Shown: positions 55,423 through 64,000 of the stretch, piece by piece
Numbering within the stretch: position 1 is the first letter of the stretch
Layout: each line of letters begins with the position of its first letter
Origin: Patescibacteria group bacterium
Lineage (GTDB): Bacteria > Patescibacteriota > Patescibacteriia > JAHIZJ01
Assembly (NCBI GenBank): GCA_041650335.1
Contig: JBAZLK010000001.1
Coordinates: 36,940-100,939, forward strand
Direction of reading: 5' to 3'
DNA: 64,000 nt
The notes under the pieces: generated by a model
What the model was told of the DNA's origin: nothing
The model's database searches: none
The model's input: only the letters and a program-made list of their open reading frames with translations
Program-made: the position numbers and the translations under genes

Positions 55423-56598
55423 ATGGTAGACATCAATCTACTCGACGACACCACGGGTGAGGGGGATGAGAATAAGAATAAAAAGGCGAAGAAACCTCCC
55501 GAACGGATAGAATATACGAAACCGTCGATCGAGCCAAAAGAAAACGAACAAGAGGCAAAAGTAAAAAGTGGTTTATTGGGCGGAATATTCAAGAAAAAAA
55601 CGGTCTCGACAGCAGGCGCAGAATTGCCACCACCGCCACCCCTGTCTCGGCCATCGGCCAGGCCGATCGAGACTCGCTCGATACCGAAAGAGACGCCGGC
55701 CGCCTATGACGCGGGCCAGCCGCCAGCAAAACCAAAAACAGGAATTTTTGGAAACTGGTTTGGTCGCCGGCCGCAGCCAGCAAATCCGCCGGGTCCAGCC
55801 TCAACGCCGAACCCTCCAGGCGGGAGCGCCGAGGCGCGGTTTCGGGCGTCCTATGCCCAGAAAGAAAAGGTGAAGAAAACAGACAGTCAGGTACTGGAAG
55901 AAAAGGTGATTTCATCCAAGCAGCCTCGCGCGTTGCCGGTCGAAGAACCGCCGACTGAAGAGAAACCGTCGTTTCTCGACGTCAACCTTATGCCGGCCGA
56001 TCTCATGGTCGAGCTTGAGCCGAGAAAGAAATTGATACTGTATGCGATTGTCACTGGAATTTCCATGGCGTTTGTGGCCGCGATCTATTTCGGCCTGCAG
56101 TTCTATGAAAGCCGGATACAAAAAGATGTCGAAGAAACCTCGGGACAGATAGCGGAAGTAGAAAAAAGCATTGCCGCTCTCAGAAAAGAACAGTCGGCGG
56201 CGATTCTCTTCAAATCGCGCACCGACCAAGTGAAGGACGCCTTGGACAAGCACATCCACTGGACGAATTTCTTCAGCAAGCTCGAAGCAAACACGATCAG
56301 CGATGTCCAGTATGACAGTTTTGCTGGGTCGTTTTCCAGCGGCAGCAATCCTACGTTTTCGCTGAATGCGGTCGGTCGCGATTTTAGCTCCGTTGCTCGG
56401 CAGATAAAGGCTTTTGAGGGTCCGAAGGCGGCCGATTTTATCACCAGCGTGCGCGTCGACCGCGGGGAACGGACGCTTCCCGAAACCGCCGATGAAAAGG
56501 AGTTTGTCCGATTCGGTATTCAGTTTACCGTTTTAGAAAGTCTCTTTTATGACACCGCGAGCAGCGTAAGCTCGACCGGTGTCGAGGGGGAGGAATAA
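55423..56598 (+). CDS. PilN-like protein with long Pro-rich N-terminal extension
   Basis: DINLL and DVNLMP PilM-binding-like motifs, then TM, coiled coil and HWT.FF..LE. It follows pilM. Confidence 0.65.
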   Translation: MVDINLLDDTTGEGDENKNKKAKKPPERIEYTKPSIEPKENEQEAKVKSGLLGGIFKKKTVSTAGAELPPPPPLSRPSARPIETRSIPKETPAAYDAGQPPAKPKTGIFGNWFGRRPQPANPPGPASTPNPPGGSAEARFRASYAQKEKVKKTDSQVLEEKVISSKQPRALPVEEPPTEEKPSFLDVNLMPADLMVELEPRKKLILYAIVTGISMAFVAAIYFGLQFYESRIQKDVEETSGQIAEVEKSIAALRKEQSAAILFKSRTDQVKDALDKHIHWTNFFSKLEANTISDVQYDSFAGSFSSGSNPTFSLNAVGRDFSSVARQIKAFEGPKAADFITSVRVDRGERTLPETADEKEFVRFGIQFTVLESLFYDTASSVSSTGVEGEE

Positions 56599-56602
56599 GA
56601 CC

Positions 56603-57313
56603 ATGTCAACCGCATCACAATTAGGTAAAACAGTCCTTTATCTTTTCTTCAAGAAACACAAGCTTGTTTCAGGCATTTTGGTTGTGTTAATTGTCGCTGT
56701 CGGCTCATTAGCCTTTCTGGTGCCGAAATATCAAGTGATCCGTAATCAAGGATTGCTCAGCTCGGGGAACAAGAAGAAACAGCTGACCGAGCGGCAAAAT
56801 TACCTCGATCGTCTCCAAAAAATGGTCAATCTCTATCGCGGCATTCAAAAAACCGATCTGGATAAACTTCAGCAGATTTTGCCAGACAGCCAGGAAATTC
56901 CGGAACTTTTCGTAATGATTGACCAGATTGGTAAAGATCTCACGAATAAGGGCGTAAATGTAACAGTCACGCGCATCTCACTAACACCTCAAACGCTTGT
57001 CTCGACAAATGTCAATACAACGAGCGGCGATCTTGATCAAAATCGCCAAGGCGGAGTCTCGGGCCTGCTCAGCCCGATAACGGGGACAAATCCGGTCCTG
57101 GCGACACCGTCAGCGGTTAAAACGTATCAAATCGGAAAAATCACCGCGGTGGTTGACATGTCGGTTAATGATTTAACCTACACGGCATACAAGAAGATAC
57201 TCGAAGGCCTGGAAAACAATATGCGTCTGTTCAATATAACCAGCATAAATTATATGCCGGGCGCTCAATCGGTATCGTTTAATCTCGAAACCTATTATCT
57301 CTCATCGTCATAA
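56603..57313 (+). CDS. PilO-like protein
   Basis: TM, coiled coil, ILP...EIPEL and LENNMRLFNITSI; position in the operon. Confidence 0.65.
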   Translation: MSTASQLGKTVLYLFFKKHKLVSGILVVLIVAVGSLAFLVPKYQVIRNQGLLSSGNKKKQLTERQNYLDRLQKMVNLYRGIQKTDLDKLQQILPDSQEIPELFVMIDQIGKDLTNKGVNVTVTRISLTPQTLVSTNVNTTSGDLDQNRQGGVSGLLSPITGTNPVLATPSAVKTYQIGKITAVVDMSVNDLTYTAYKKILEGLENNMRLFNITSINYMPGAQSVSFNLETYYLSSS

Positions 57314-57331
57314 TTGGAGGAGGTTTAAACT

Positions 57332-57649
57332 ATGGCCCTTGTACAAAAAAGACTCGCCCCAAAAAAGAGAAACCTTCTGGTCATTATTGTTGTGGCCTTT
57401 ATTGGGATATCGGCCGTACTGGTGGTACAGAATTATTGGAAGCCGGGGACCTCGACAACGACTGACGACGGTTCGTCCGAAACCCTCAACGTCCGCGACG
57501 TGCCTATCTACACCGATCTCGGTATCGATGTTTTGCAGGACCCGCGTTGGCAGGAACTGAAAATGCCAAAGATGACGCTTCCGATCGAGCCCGGCACAGT
57601 CGGTCGCGCGAATCCCTTTGTCGACGCGCCGAAACAATCGACCCAGTAA
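57332..57649 (+). CDS. Small membrane protein (PilP-position, GRxNPF motif)
   Basis: SD GGAGG, TM helix and GRANPF. Confidence 0.55.
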   Translation: MALVQKRLAPKKRNLLVIIVVAFIGISAVLVVQNYWKPGTSTTTDDGSSETLNVRDVPIYTDLGIDVLQDPRWQELKMPKMTLPIEPGTVGRANPFVDAPKQSTQ

Positions 57650-57663
57650 CACATCGTACACAC

Positions 57664-59430
57664 ATGGGTGACAACCCGATCGCGAATAATCCATCCGCCA
57701 GACTCAATTTTTTAGACTACCTGATCAAAGGTAATCTTGCGACGGCTGAGCAAATTGAGGAATGGAAGCGCACCGCTCGTTCAAAGAACAAGAGCGTTAT
57801 TGAGATAATTGAAGATGCTCAGGCAATTAAAGACGAGGCACTGCTTCAAGCGAAGGGTGAAGCCTACTCGTTGCCTTCGGTCGATCTTTTTGGTCGCGTG
57901 GTTACGCCGGACGTGTTGCGGGTAATTCCTCAAGAAATCGCCACGAATTATAAAATCATCTGTTTCGCGCAGAGCGGCAAAGAGGTGAGTATCGGGATGG
58001 TCGATCCAGGCAACTATAAGGCGATTGAGGCAGTTGAATACATCGCCCGAGAAAACCACTACCAGGTCAAATATTTTATCATCAGCGGAAATTCATACAA
58101 ATTTCTCCTCCGCCAATATGAAAGCTTGAGCTCAGAAGTGGCGGAAGCACTCGAGGGCGCCGGAAATGAACTAGGCGTCGAGGTGGGCGAGAAGGTAGAG
58201 ATTGCCGAAAAAGGCTTTGAGGAAGTGGTCCGTTCGGCCCCGGTGGCGAAAATGGTCAATGTCATTTTGGAGCACGCGGTAGAAGGAAAAGCTTCCGATG
58301 TCCATATCGAGCCGCTGGCCGAAGACACCCGGGTCCGGTACCGAATCGACGGCATTTTGCATACCTCATTGATTTTACCAAAGACGGTTCATTCCTCGAT
58401 CGTCGCGCGCATCAAAGTATTGGCCAATCTGAAAATCGACGAAACGCGCGTGCCGCAGGACGGACGGTTTCGAAAGAAGTTTGAAACCGGCGATGTCGAC
58501 TTTCGTGTTTCCACCCTGCCTGTCGTCGGGAATGAAAAGGTCGTGATGCGGATACTCGATACCTCGTCAAACGTTCTGGATTTGGAGCGGCTTGGTTTCT
58601 GGGGCAAGAGCTTGGAAAAAATGATCGCGAATATTGACCGGCCGCACGGCATGTTCCTGATCACCGGCCCGACCGGTTCCGGTAAATCGACCACTCTCTA
58701 TGCCTTGCTGCATATCTTGAACGAGGATTCCGTCAATATCATCACCCTCGAAGATCCGGTCGAGTATTACCAGAAGGGGGTCAATCAGTCTCAGGTAAAT
58801 CCCGAAGTCGGTCTGACCTTCGCGCGCGGCCTACGGTCTATCCTGCGTCAGGACCCCGACATCATCATGGTTGGTGAGATCCGCGACAGTGAAACCGCCG
58901 AATTGGCCGTCCACGCCAGCTTGACGGGCCATATCGTACTCTCGACCCTGCATACCAATGATGCCTTTGGAGCCATCCCGCGCTTGGTCGATATGAAAAT
59001 TGAACCCTTCCTTTTAACCTCATCACTCAACCTGGTCATGGCCCAGCGTTTGGTCCGGCGCCTCTGCGACCATTGCAAAGAGGAAATGGCGCTGCCGAAA
59101 CGGTATGAGGATGAAGCCTTCCGGTCGTTGTCGCTCTTGCCGAAAGACGCGCTGCCGAAGAACTTCAAGCTGGCCAAGCCGATGAAGTTTTATCGAGGGA
59201 AGGGCTGCGCCCGCTGCGAAAATACTGGCTACAAGGGCCGCGTTGCCTTGGCTGAAGTGCTCGAAATAACCGAGGAATTAAAACGTATTGTTTTGGCCGG
59301 ATCCGATCAGGATAAAATCAAAGAAGAATTTCGGCGGCAGGGGATGCACTCAATGCTCCAGGACGGTTTTATCAAGGCGATCCAGGGGCTGACCACGATT
59401 GAAGAAATAATGAAAGTAACCAAAGAATAA
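57664..59430 (+). CDS. pilB: Type IV pilus extension ATPase PilB/GspE
   Basis: ASDVHIEP, GPTGSGKST, LEDPVEY, LRQDPDIIMVGEIRD, TGH..LSTLHTN and tetracysteine motif. Confidence 0.93.
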   Translation: MGDNPIANNPSARLNFLDYLIKGNLATAEQIEEWKRTARSKNKSVIEIIEDAQAIKDEALLQAKGEAYSLPSVDLFGRVVTPDVLRVIPQEIATNYKIICFAQSGKEVSIGMVDPGNYKAIEAVEYIARENHYQVKYFIISGNSYKFLLRQYESLSSEVAEALEGAGNELGVEVGEKVEIAEKGFEEVVRSAPVAKMVNVILEHAVEGKASDVHIEPLAEDTRVRYRIDGILHTSLILPKTVHSSIVARIKVLANLKIDETRVPQDGRFRKKFETGDVDFRVSTLPVVGNEKVVMRILDTSSNVLDLERLGFWGKSLEKMIANIDRPHGMFLITGPTGSGKSTTLYALLHILNEDSVNIITLEDPVEYYQKGVNQSQVNPEVGLTFARGLRSILRQDPDIIMVGEIRDSETAELAVHASLTGHIVLSTLHTNDAFGAIPRLVDMKIEPFLLTSSLNLVMAQRLVRRLCDHCKEEMALPKRYEDEAFRSLSLLPKDALPKNFKLAKPMKFYRGKGCARCENTGYKGRVALAEVLEITEELKRIVLAGSDQDKIKEEFRRQGMHSMLQDGFIKAIQGLTTIEEIMKVTKE

Positions 59431-59441
59431 CGTTCATCCGT

Positions 59442-59867
59442 ATGGCATCGAGCGAGAAAACAGCGAAAAAAGAGAGTCCGAGTCGAGGCAAACGAAAAAT
59501 CCTACTTGTCGAGGACGACACCTTTATTTCCGGAATGTATATTGCCAAACTTGCTCTCGAAAACTTCGATGTCCTGCTGGCAACGGACGGGGAGATGGGC
59601 TTGGAGTATGCTCGGAAACAAAAGCCCGATCTAATCTTGCTTGATCTGATGCTGCCAAAGCTTGACGGCTACGGCGTGCTCAAGGCGTTAAAGAAGAGCC
59701 CGGCCCTCGCCAAGATTCCAGTCATACTTTTGACGAACTTGAATCAGCAAGAGTCGATCGACAAGGCCAGGAAATACCAGATTGAAGATTATCTCATCAA
59801 AGCGCATTTCATGCCGTCCGAAGTCATCGAAAAAGTGAAAGTCGTATTGCGTAAATACCGACGCTAA
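59442..59867 (+). CDS. Single-domain response regulator
   Basis: LLVEDD, DLILLDLMLPKLDG, LLTN and IK motifs. Confidence 0.9.
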   Translation: MASSEKTAKKESPSRGKRKILLVEDDTFISGMYIAKLALENFDVLLATDGEMGLEYARKQKPDLILLDLMLPKLDGYGVLKALKKSPALAKIPVILLTNLNQQESIDKARKYQIEDYLIKAHFMPSEVIEKVKVVLRKYRR

Positions 59868-59871
59868 AACC

Positions 59872-60948
59872 ATGCCAGACACAACCACTCAACTCGGTTT
59901 ATCAAAACTACTCAGCCAAGTGGCCGAATACAAGGCCTCGGCTTTGCATTTGTCTGTCGGTAACCCGCCGATTCTTCGGGTCGATGAGAAGCTTCTGCCG
60001 ATCGAGAGCGAAGGCATCATGACGCCCGACCGGATCGAAAAAATCGCTTTATCGTTTTTAAACGCTGACCAAAAAGCCGAGCTCGAGGCGGAAAAAGAAA
60101 TCGTCTTCACCTATTCCTTCGAAGAGCGGGCACGTTTTAAGGTCAGTATTTTTTATCAGAAAGGCTATCTCTCCGTCTCCTTGCGCTATATCCCGACCGT
60201 CGTGCCGACACTCCACGAGCTCGGTCTGCCTTCGATCGTCGAACGGTTTACGCAGTTGAAGAAAGGCTTGGTACTGGTGACCGGCCCCTTCGGTTCCGGC
60301 AAGACAACGACGCTGGCTTCGCTCGTTGACGCCATCAATCAGAGCCGGTCGGAATACATTATTTCCATTGAGCGGCCGATCGAGTATCTTTTCACGAATA
60401 ATAAGAGCATCGTCGAACAGCGCGAAGTCGGCCGGGATACCCAGAGCATCCAGAAAGCGCTCTTCAATATCCCGCAAGAGGACATGAATGTGGTGATGAT
60501 TTCCGAAATGGAAACGCCAGAGATCATGGAGCTGGTCTTCACGGTTGTTGAGTCGGGCCGGCTGGTTTTTTCGTCGATGAATACCGACTCAGCCTACAAG
60601 ACGATTGAGCGGATTATTAATAGCTTTCCGGATCAAAAACACGAGCAAATACGGCTCCAATTGGCTGACGCGCTCGAAGGGGTGATCAGCCAGCGTTTAT
60701 TGCCCCGCGTCGGCGGCGGGAAGGTGGCCGCGGCGGAAATACTCGTTCCCACGCCGGCCGTCAAGGCGATCATGAAAGAAGGCTCTATTTATCAGCTCAA
60801 TACAATACTCCAAACGTCGCGGGAAGAGGGAATGATCTCGCTTGACCGGGCGCTGGCCGATCTCGTGAAGGCGGGCGAGGTCTTGATGGAAGACGCCCTC
60901 GCCCATGCCGTCGACAAGAACGGTCTCAAAATGATGATTCGTATATAA
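59872..60948 (+). CDS. pilT: PilT/PilU-like ATPase with degenerate motifs
   Basis: GPFGSGKTT is retained. IERPIE replaces IEDPIE, EDMNVVMISEM replaces xDPDVILVGEM, and SGRLVFSSMNT replaces TGHLVxxTLHT. Confidence 0.8.
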   Translation: MPDTTTQLGLSKLLSQVAEYKASALHLSVGNPPILRVDEKLLPIESEGIMTPDRIEKIALSFLNADQKAELEAEKEIVFTYSFEERARFKVSIFYQKGYLSVSLRYIPTVVPTLHELGLPSIVERFTQLKKGLVLVTGPFGSGKTTTLASLVDAINQSRSEYIISIERPIEYLFTNNKSIVEQREVGRDTQSIQKALFNIPQEDMNVVMISEMETPEIMELVFTVVESGRLVFSSMNTDSAYKTIERIINSFPDQKHEQIRLQLADALEGVISQRLLPRVGGGKVAAAEILVPTPAVKAIMKEGSIYQLNTILQTSREEGMISLDRALADLVKAGEVLMEDALAHAVDKNGLKMMIRI

Positions 60949-60951
60949 CCT

Positions 60952-62160
60952 ATGGCAATTTTCGATTATCGAGCCAAAGACTACCAGGGCAACACCGTTT
61001 CCGGCGTGATCGAGGCGCCGACTGAAAACGTGGCGGCCGAACTTTTGACCGAGCGGCGGTATATAATTTTAAATCTCGCGCCGCGTCGAAAAGCCGTCCT
61101 CTTTCAGAGCTCGCTCGGGTTTCTGAATCGCGTCCCCATGCGGGAAGTCGTGATCTTTTCGCGGCAGCTCGCGGTCATGATCAACACGGCCGTACCGATC
61201 GTCCAGGCGCTCCGGATCCTCGTGAAACAAACCAAGACAGTTGCTTTTAAAATCATTATCTCGGAGATTGCCGACGAGGTCGACGGCGGGGCAAAACTCT
61301 CAACCGCGCTGAGCCGGTACCCGCAAGTGTACTCAGAATTTTTTGTCCACATGATTCGATCGGGCGAAACAACGGGCAAGCTCGACGAAACCCTGAATTA
61401 CCTCGCTGACCAGCTGGAAAAGGATTATGATCTCAATAGCCGGATCAAGGGCGCGATGATCTACCCGGCCTTCATCCTGACGGCCATCGTCGGCGTCGGT
61501 GTCGTGATGATGATCTATGTCATACCAAAACTGACTTCTGTATTGGAAGATAGCGGGACCAAGCTTCCCTGGTCGACGAAGCTCATGATCAATATGAGCA
61601 AATTTCTGAAACAGGACTGGTGGCTGCTAATCTTGATACTGATTGGCCTCGGTTTTCTCTACCGCGTGATTACCCGTACCAGCGCTGGCCGGCGGCAATT
61701 GGATGCGATGAAAATACGCATGCCGATTTTTGGCAATTTGTTCCAGAAAATATATTTAACCCGTTTTACGCGGAGCATTGCCACACTCATCATGGGCGGC
61801 ATTCCGCTGTCCCGGACGCTGGAAATCGTGGCTGATATTGTGGGTAATAGCGTCTATAAGGAATTAACCCTTGATACCATTGCCGTTATTGAAGACGGCA
61901 GCTCGATCGCCACGCTTTTTGCCAAGAGCCGGGATGTTCCGCCGATGCTGACACAAATGATGACGGTGGGCGAGCAGACCGGGAAGCTCGATGTGATTTT
62001 GTCGAAATTGTCAGATTTTTATTCAAAAGAGGTGGATAACCTCATCCGCAATCTCGTCTCGTTGATGGAGCCGGTGATCATGCTGCTTCTGGCAGTCGGC
62101 GTCGCCGTACTGGTCATGGCCATATTGTTACCCATGTATAACCTGTCGTCGGCAATATAA
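60952..62160 (+). CDS. pilC: Type IV pilus platform protein PilC (GspF family)
   Basis: FSRQLA, GETTGKL, AMIYP, GEQTGKLD, EP and LLPMY motifs. Confidence 0.93.
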   Translation: MAIFDYRAKDYQGNTVSGVIEAPTENVAAELLTERRYIILNLAPRRKAVLFQSSLGFLNRVPMREVVIFSRQLAVMINTAVPIVQALRILVKQTKTVAFKIIISEIADEVDGGAKLSTALSRYPQVYSEFFVHMIRSGETTGKLDETLNYLADQLEKDYDLNSRIKGAMIYPAFILTAIVGVGVVMMIYVIPKLTSVLEDSGTKLPWSTKLMINMSKFLKQDWWLLILILIGLGFLYRVITRTSAGRRQLDAMKIRMPIFGNLFQKIYLTRFTRSIATLIMGGIPLSRTLEIVADIVGNSVYKELTLDTIAVIEDGSSIATLFAKSRDVPPMLTQMMTVGEQTGKLDVILSKLSDFYSKEVDNLIRNLVSLMEPVIMLLLAVGVAVLVMAILLPMYNLSSAI

Positions 62161-62184
62161 TAGTTGCATTGGCTAAATTTGACA

Positions 62185-62213
62185 TTGCCCTTTTCCAATA
62201 ATTGTGCTATAAT
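62185..62213 (+). promoter_or_regulatory. Promoter TTGCCC-N17-TATAAT (extended -10) for the pilin
   Basis: Hexamers with a TGn motif upstream of the pilin gene. Confidence 0.55.
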
Positions 62214-62328
62214 GAAGAACAGTGAGTGGTAATAATAACGGATATAGGTCGATTTATCATAATTTACCATCATGCTTTTAGGCTGGTTCTAGAGTGGCCT
62301 AAAGGCCTCAACGAAAGGGGGTGAACAA

Positions 62329-62871
62329 ATGAAAAACAAAAAAGGTTTTACTTTGATCGAGTTGCTCGTGGTTATCGCGATCATCGGGTTGCTCGCTTCC
62401 TTGGCTCTCGTGGCCTTGGGCGGCGCACAACAAAAGGCCCGAAACGCGAAACGTGAAGCCGATATGCGAACATTGCAATCAGCTATAGAGCTATGTATCA
62501 ACGATGGGGGCACTGTGCCAGCGAAGCCAGCCACTTGGGCGGCGCTGCCAACAGCGCAGTGTGGCTCGGCCACCTATACCATCGGTACATATCTTGCCAG
62601 TTCTACCCCGCCAACACCACCGCAGACAGGCTGTTCTACTTGGATGAACGGTGATTGCTACGCCTATTGTGCCAATACAAACGGCTACTTGTTAATGGCG
62701 AACAAGATCGAAAAGGCCGGACCAATCGGCGGTGACATGGATTCAAACACCGCTTACCTGGTCGCTGAATGTGTAAACAGTAACAATGCTGCCCCAGGAG
62801 TAAATTTGACTGGAACGGAGTGTCTGGATGGGGCTGCGGGTGCAGATTCTGTATTCTGTCTCGGAAAATAA
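62329..62871 (+). CDS. Type IV pilin (likely major pilin)
   Basis: Class III signal MKNKKG|[14 protein letters not shown], with its own promoter and terminator. Confidence 0.9.
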   Translation: MKNKKGFTLIELLVVIAIIGLLASLALVALGGAQQKARNAKREADMRTLQSAIELCINDGGTVPAKPATWAALPTAQCGSATYTIGTYLASSTPPTPPQTGCSTWMNGDCYAYCANTNGYLLMANKIEKAGPIGGDMDSNTAYLVAECVNSNNAAPGVNLTGTECLDGAAGADSVFCLGK

Positions 62872-62888
62872 ATGCATAACACATGCGA

Positions 62889-62916
62889 GCAAAAAGGGGA
62901 TGATCCCCCTTTTTGC
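62889..62916 (+). terminator. Rho-independent terminator after pilin
   Basis: GCAAAAAGGGGA-TGA-TCCCCTTTTTGC-like stem. Confidence 0.7.
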
Positions 62917-62960
62917 TTTACCGTTTTTGTGGCAATCCCGTCTCATGGTATAATACCCAT

Positions 62961-63535
62961 ATGATGATATTTGGTATAATCGATAGGAAACGCTTTCCCG
63001 GCTTTACGCTCATTGAGTTATTAGTTGTAATTGCCATTATTGGCCTTTTAGCGTCGCTCGGTATTTTGGCCTTTCGTGACGCCCAGAAAAAGGCGCGCGA
63101 CGCCAAGCGCTGGTCAGACACGCGGGCAATGCAATCGGCGATTGAGCTGTGCATAAATGAAGGAGGGTCGGCTCCGGACGCAACCGCTACCTGGATAAGC
63201 TTACTCAATCAGTCTTGCGGCGGTATCACCTTATTCAAGAATTATTTCGCGAATAACGCTCTCCCGGAGCCGCCACGAGGAGATACCTGTACGGCGGCAA
63301 TGGCGGACGAGGAAGATTGCTACATGTACTGCAAAAAGACAAGCCGAGATAACTACATTCTCTACTCGAACTATGAGGGTTCAGCCCCGGCTGGCGGCGA
63401 AAATGGTGTCATGAGTAATTTGGTCCTGGGACCGAATGCATTTTAAGTAATAATGCGCGTCCAAACGCGCTCCCAACGTGTTCACCGATAGCGGCAGGCA
63501 CGTTCTGTCTTGGCAAGCTTGATGGGAATATATAA
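62961..63535 (+). pseudogene. Second type IV pilin, frameshifted near 63419-63421
   Basis: PG|FTLIELL start. The ORF stops at 63446, but the shifted frame continues TECILSNNARP...FCLGK, matching the pilin-1 C-terminus ([11 protein letters not shown]...FCLGK). Confidence 0.75.
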
Positions 63536-63592
63536 ACCTTAGAAGAATCACAAATATATTGACGGGAAATAAATATTTCGCGTCATTTTATT

Positions 63593-64000
63593 GTGACACA
63601 AAGGAGAATATATCAAACCGAATTTCCGTATTTTGTGACGTTTCGGACGAGCGGCGATAACCCGTTTTTTGAAGAGACAAAATATGCCGCCTTGTTGTCG
63701 AATATTATATTCCAGGCCGGGAAATTGAAGGGGTATGACATTTTGTCGTATCAAATCATGCCGGACCACGTGCATTTATTGGTTTATAAAACATCCCAAG
63801 CGCACCTCTCCGTGGGTGCGCGTCGTGGAAAACATGTGAGCGCGGGCGCGGAGACCCGCGCTCGGGGGTTTAACATTTCTCAATTCATGTATTCGGTGAA
63901 ATCATATTTCATCAGACAAATACGAGATGAAGATGGAATTATGGATTCGATTTGGCAAAAACGCTTTTACACCCGGATTATCAATACCGACGAATATTTT
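63593..64000 (+). mobile_element. REP-associated tyrosine transposase (RAYT/IS200-like Y1), 3'-truncated by window
   Basis: GTG start giving MTQRRIYQTEFPYFVTF...IMPDHVHLL (HUH)...KS...IWQKRFYTRII, open to the window end. Confidence 0.85.
63800..63863. repeat. Pair of REP-like hairpins inside the RAYT reading frame
   Basis: GCGCACC-TCTCCGTG-GGTGCGC (63800-21) and GAGCGCGGG-CGCGGAGA-CCCGCGCTC (63838-63). Confidence 0.7.

Overview
This looks like a chromosomal window from a Patescibacteria/CPR bacterium, probably Parcubacteria/ABY1-like. That assignment is an inference from the PrgI-VirB4-pilin cluster, the split PEP-synthase-like genes, the Asn/Thr-rich linkers and the gene order. The left arm (1-26.3 kb) carries housekeeping genes, several self-promoted and divergent metabolic genes (fabH, a degenerate purN-like gene, purH, an M20 amidohydrolase), an MtxX-like gene, a T4SS-like cluster, recG, tRNA-Arg(GCG) and tRNA-Ser(TGA). 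The centre (26354-44565) is an ~18.2 kb element bounded by a 19-bp direct repeat and sitting between two tRNA-Ser genes. It encodes a large serine recombinase, a ParB-methyltransferase/HTH/terminase-large-subunit module with no portal, capsid or tail genes, two strongly structured intergenic RNA candidates, and AT-rich defence cargo (Type III R-M, DUF2779 nuclease, two PD-(D/E)XK proteins). Immediately to its right, a small GIY-YIG gene lies between an intact tRNA-Ser(GCT) and a duplicated tRNA 5' fragment interrupted by a double hairpin. The right arm has comF, clpC, htpX, lemA, a 1413-aa Cys-rich surface protein, a type IV pilus locus (degenerate PilT-like ATPase, frameshifted second pilin) and a truncated RAYT transposase with REP-like hairpins inside its reading frame. 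No CRISPR array or rRNA gene was seen. All calls come from reading motifs by eye; no database searches or folding programs were run.
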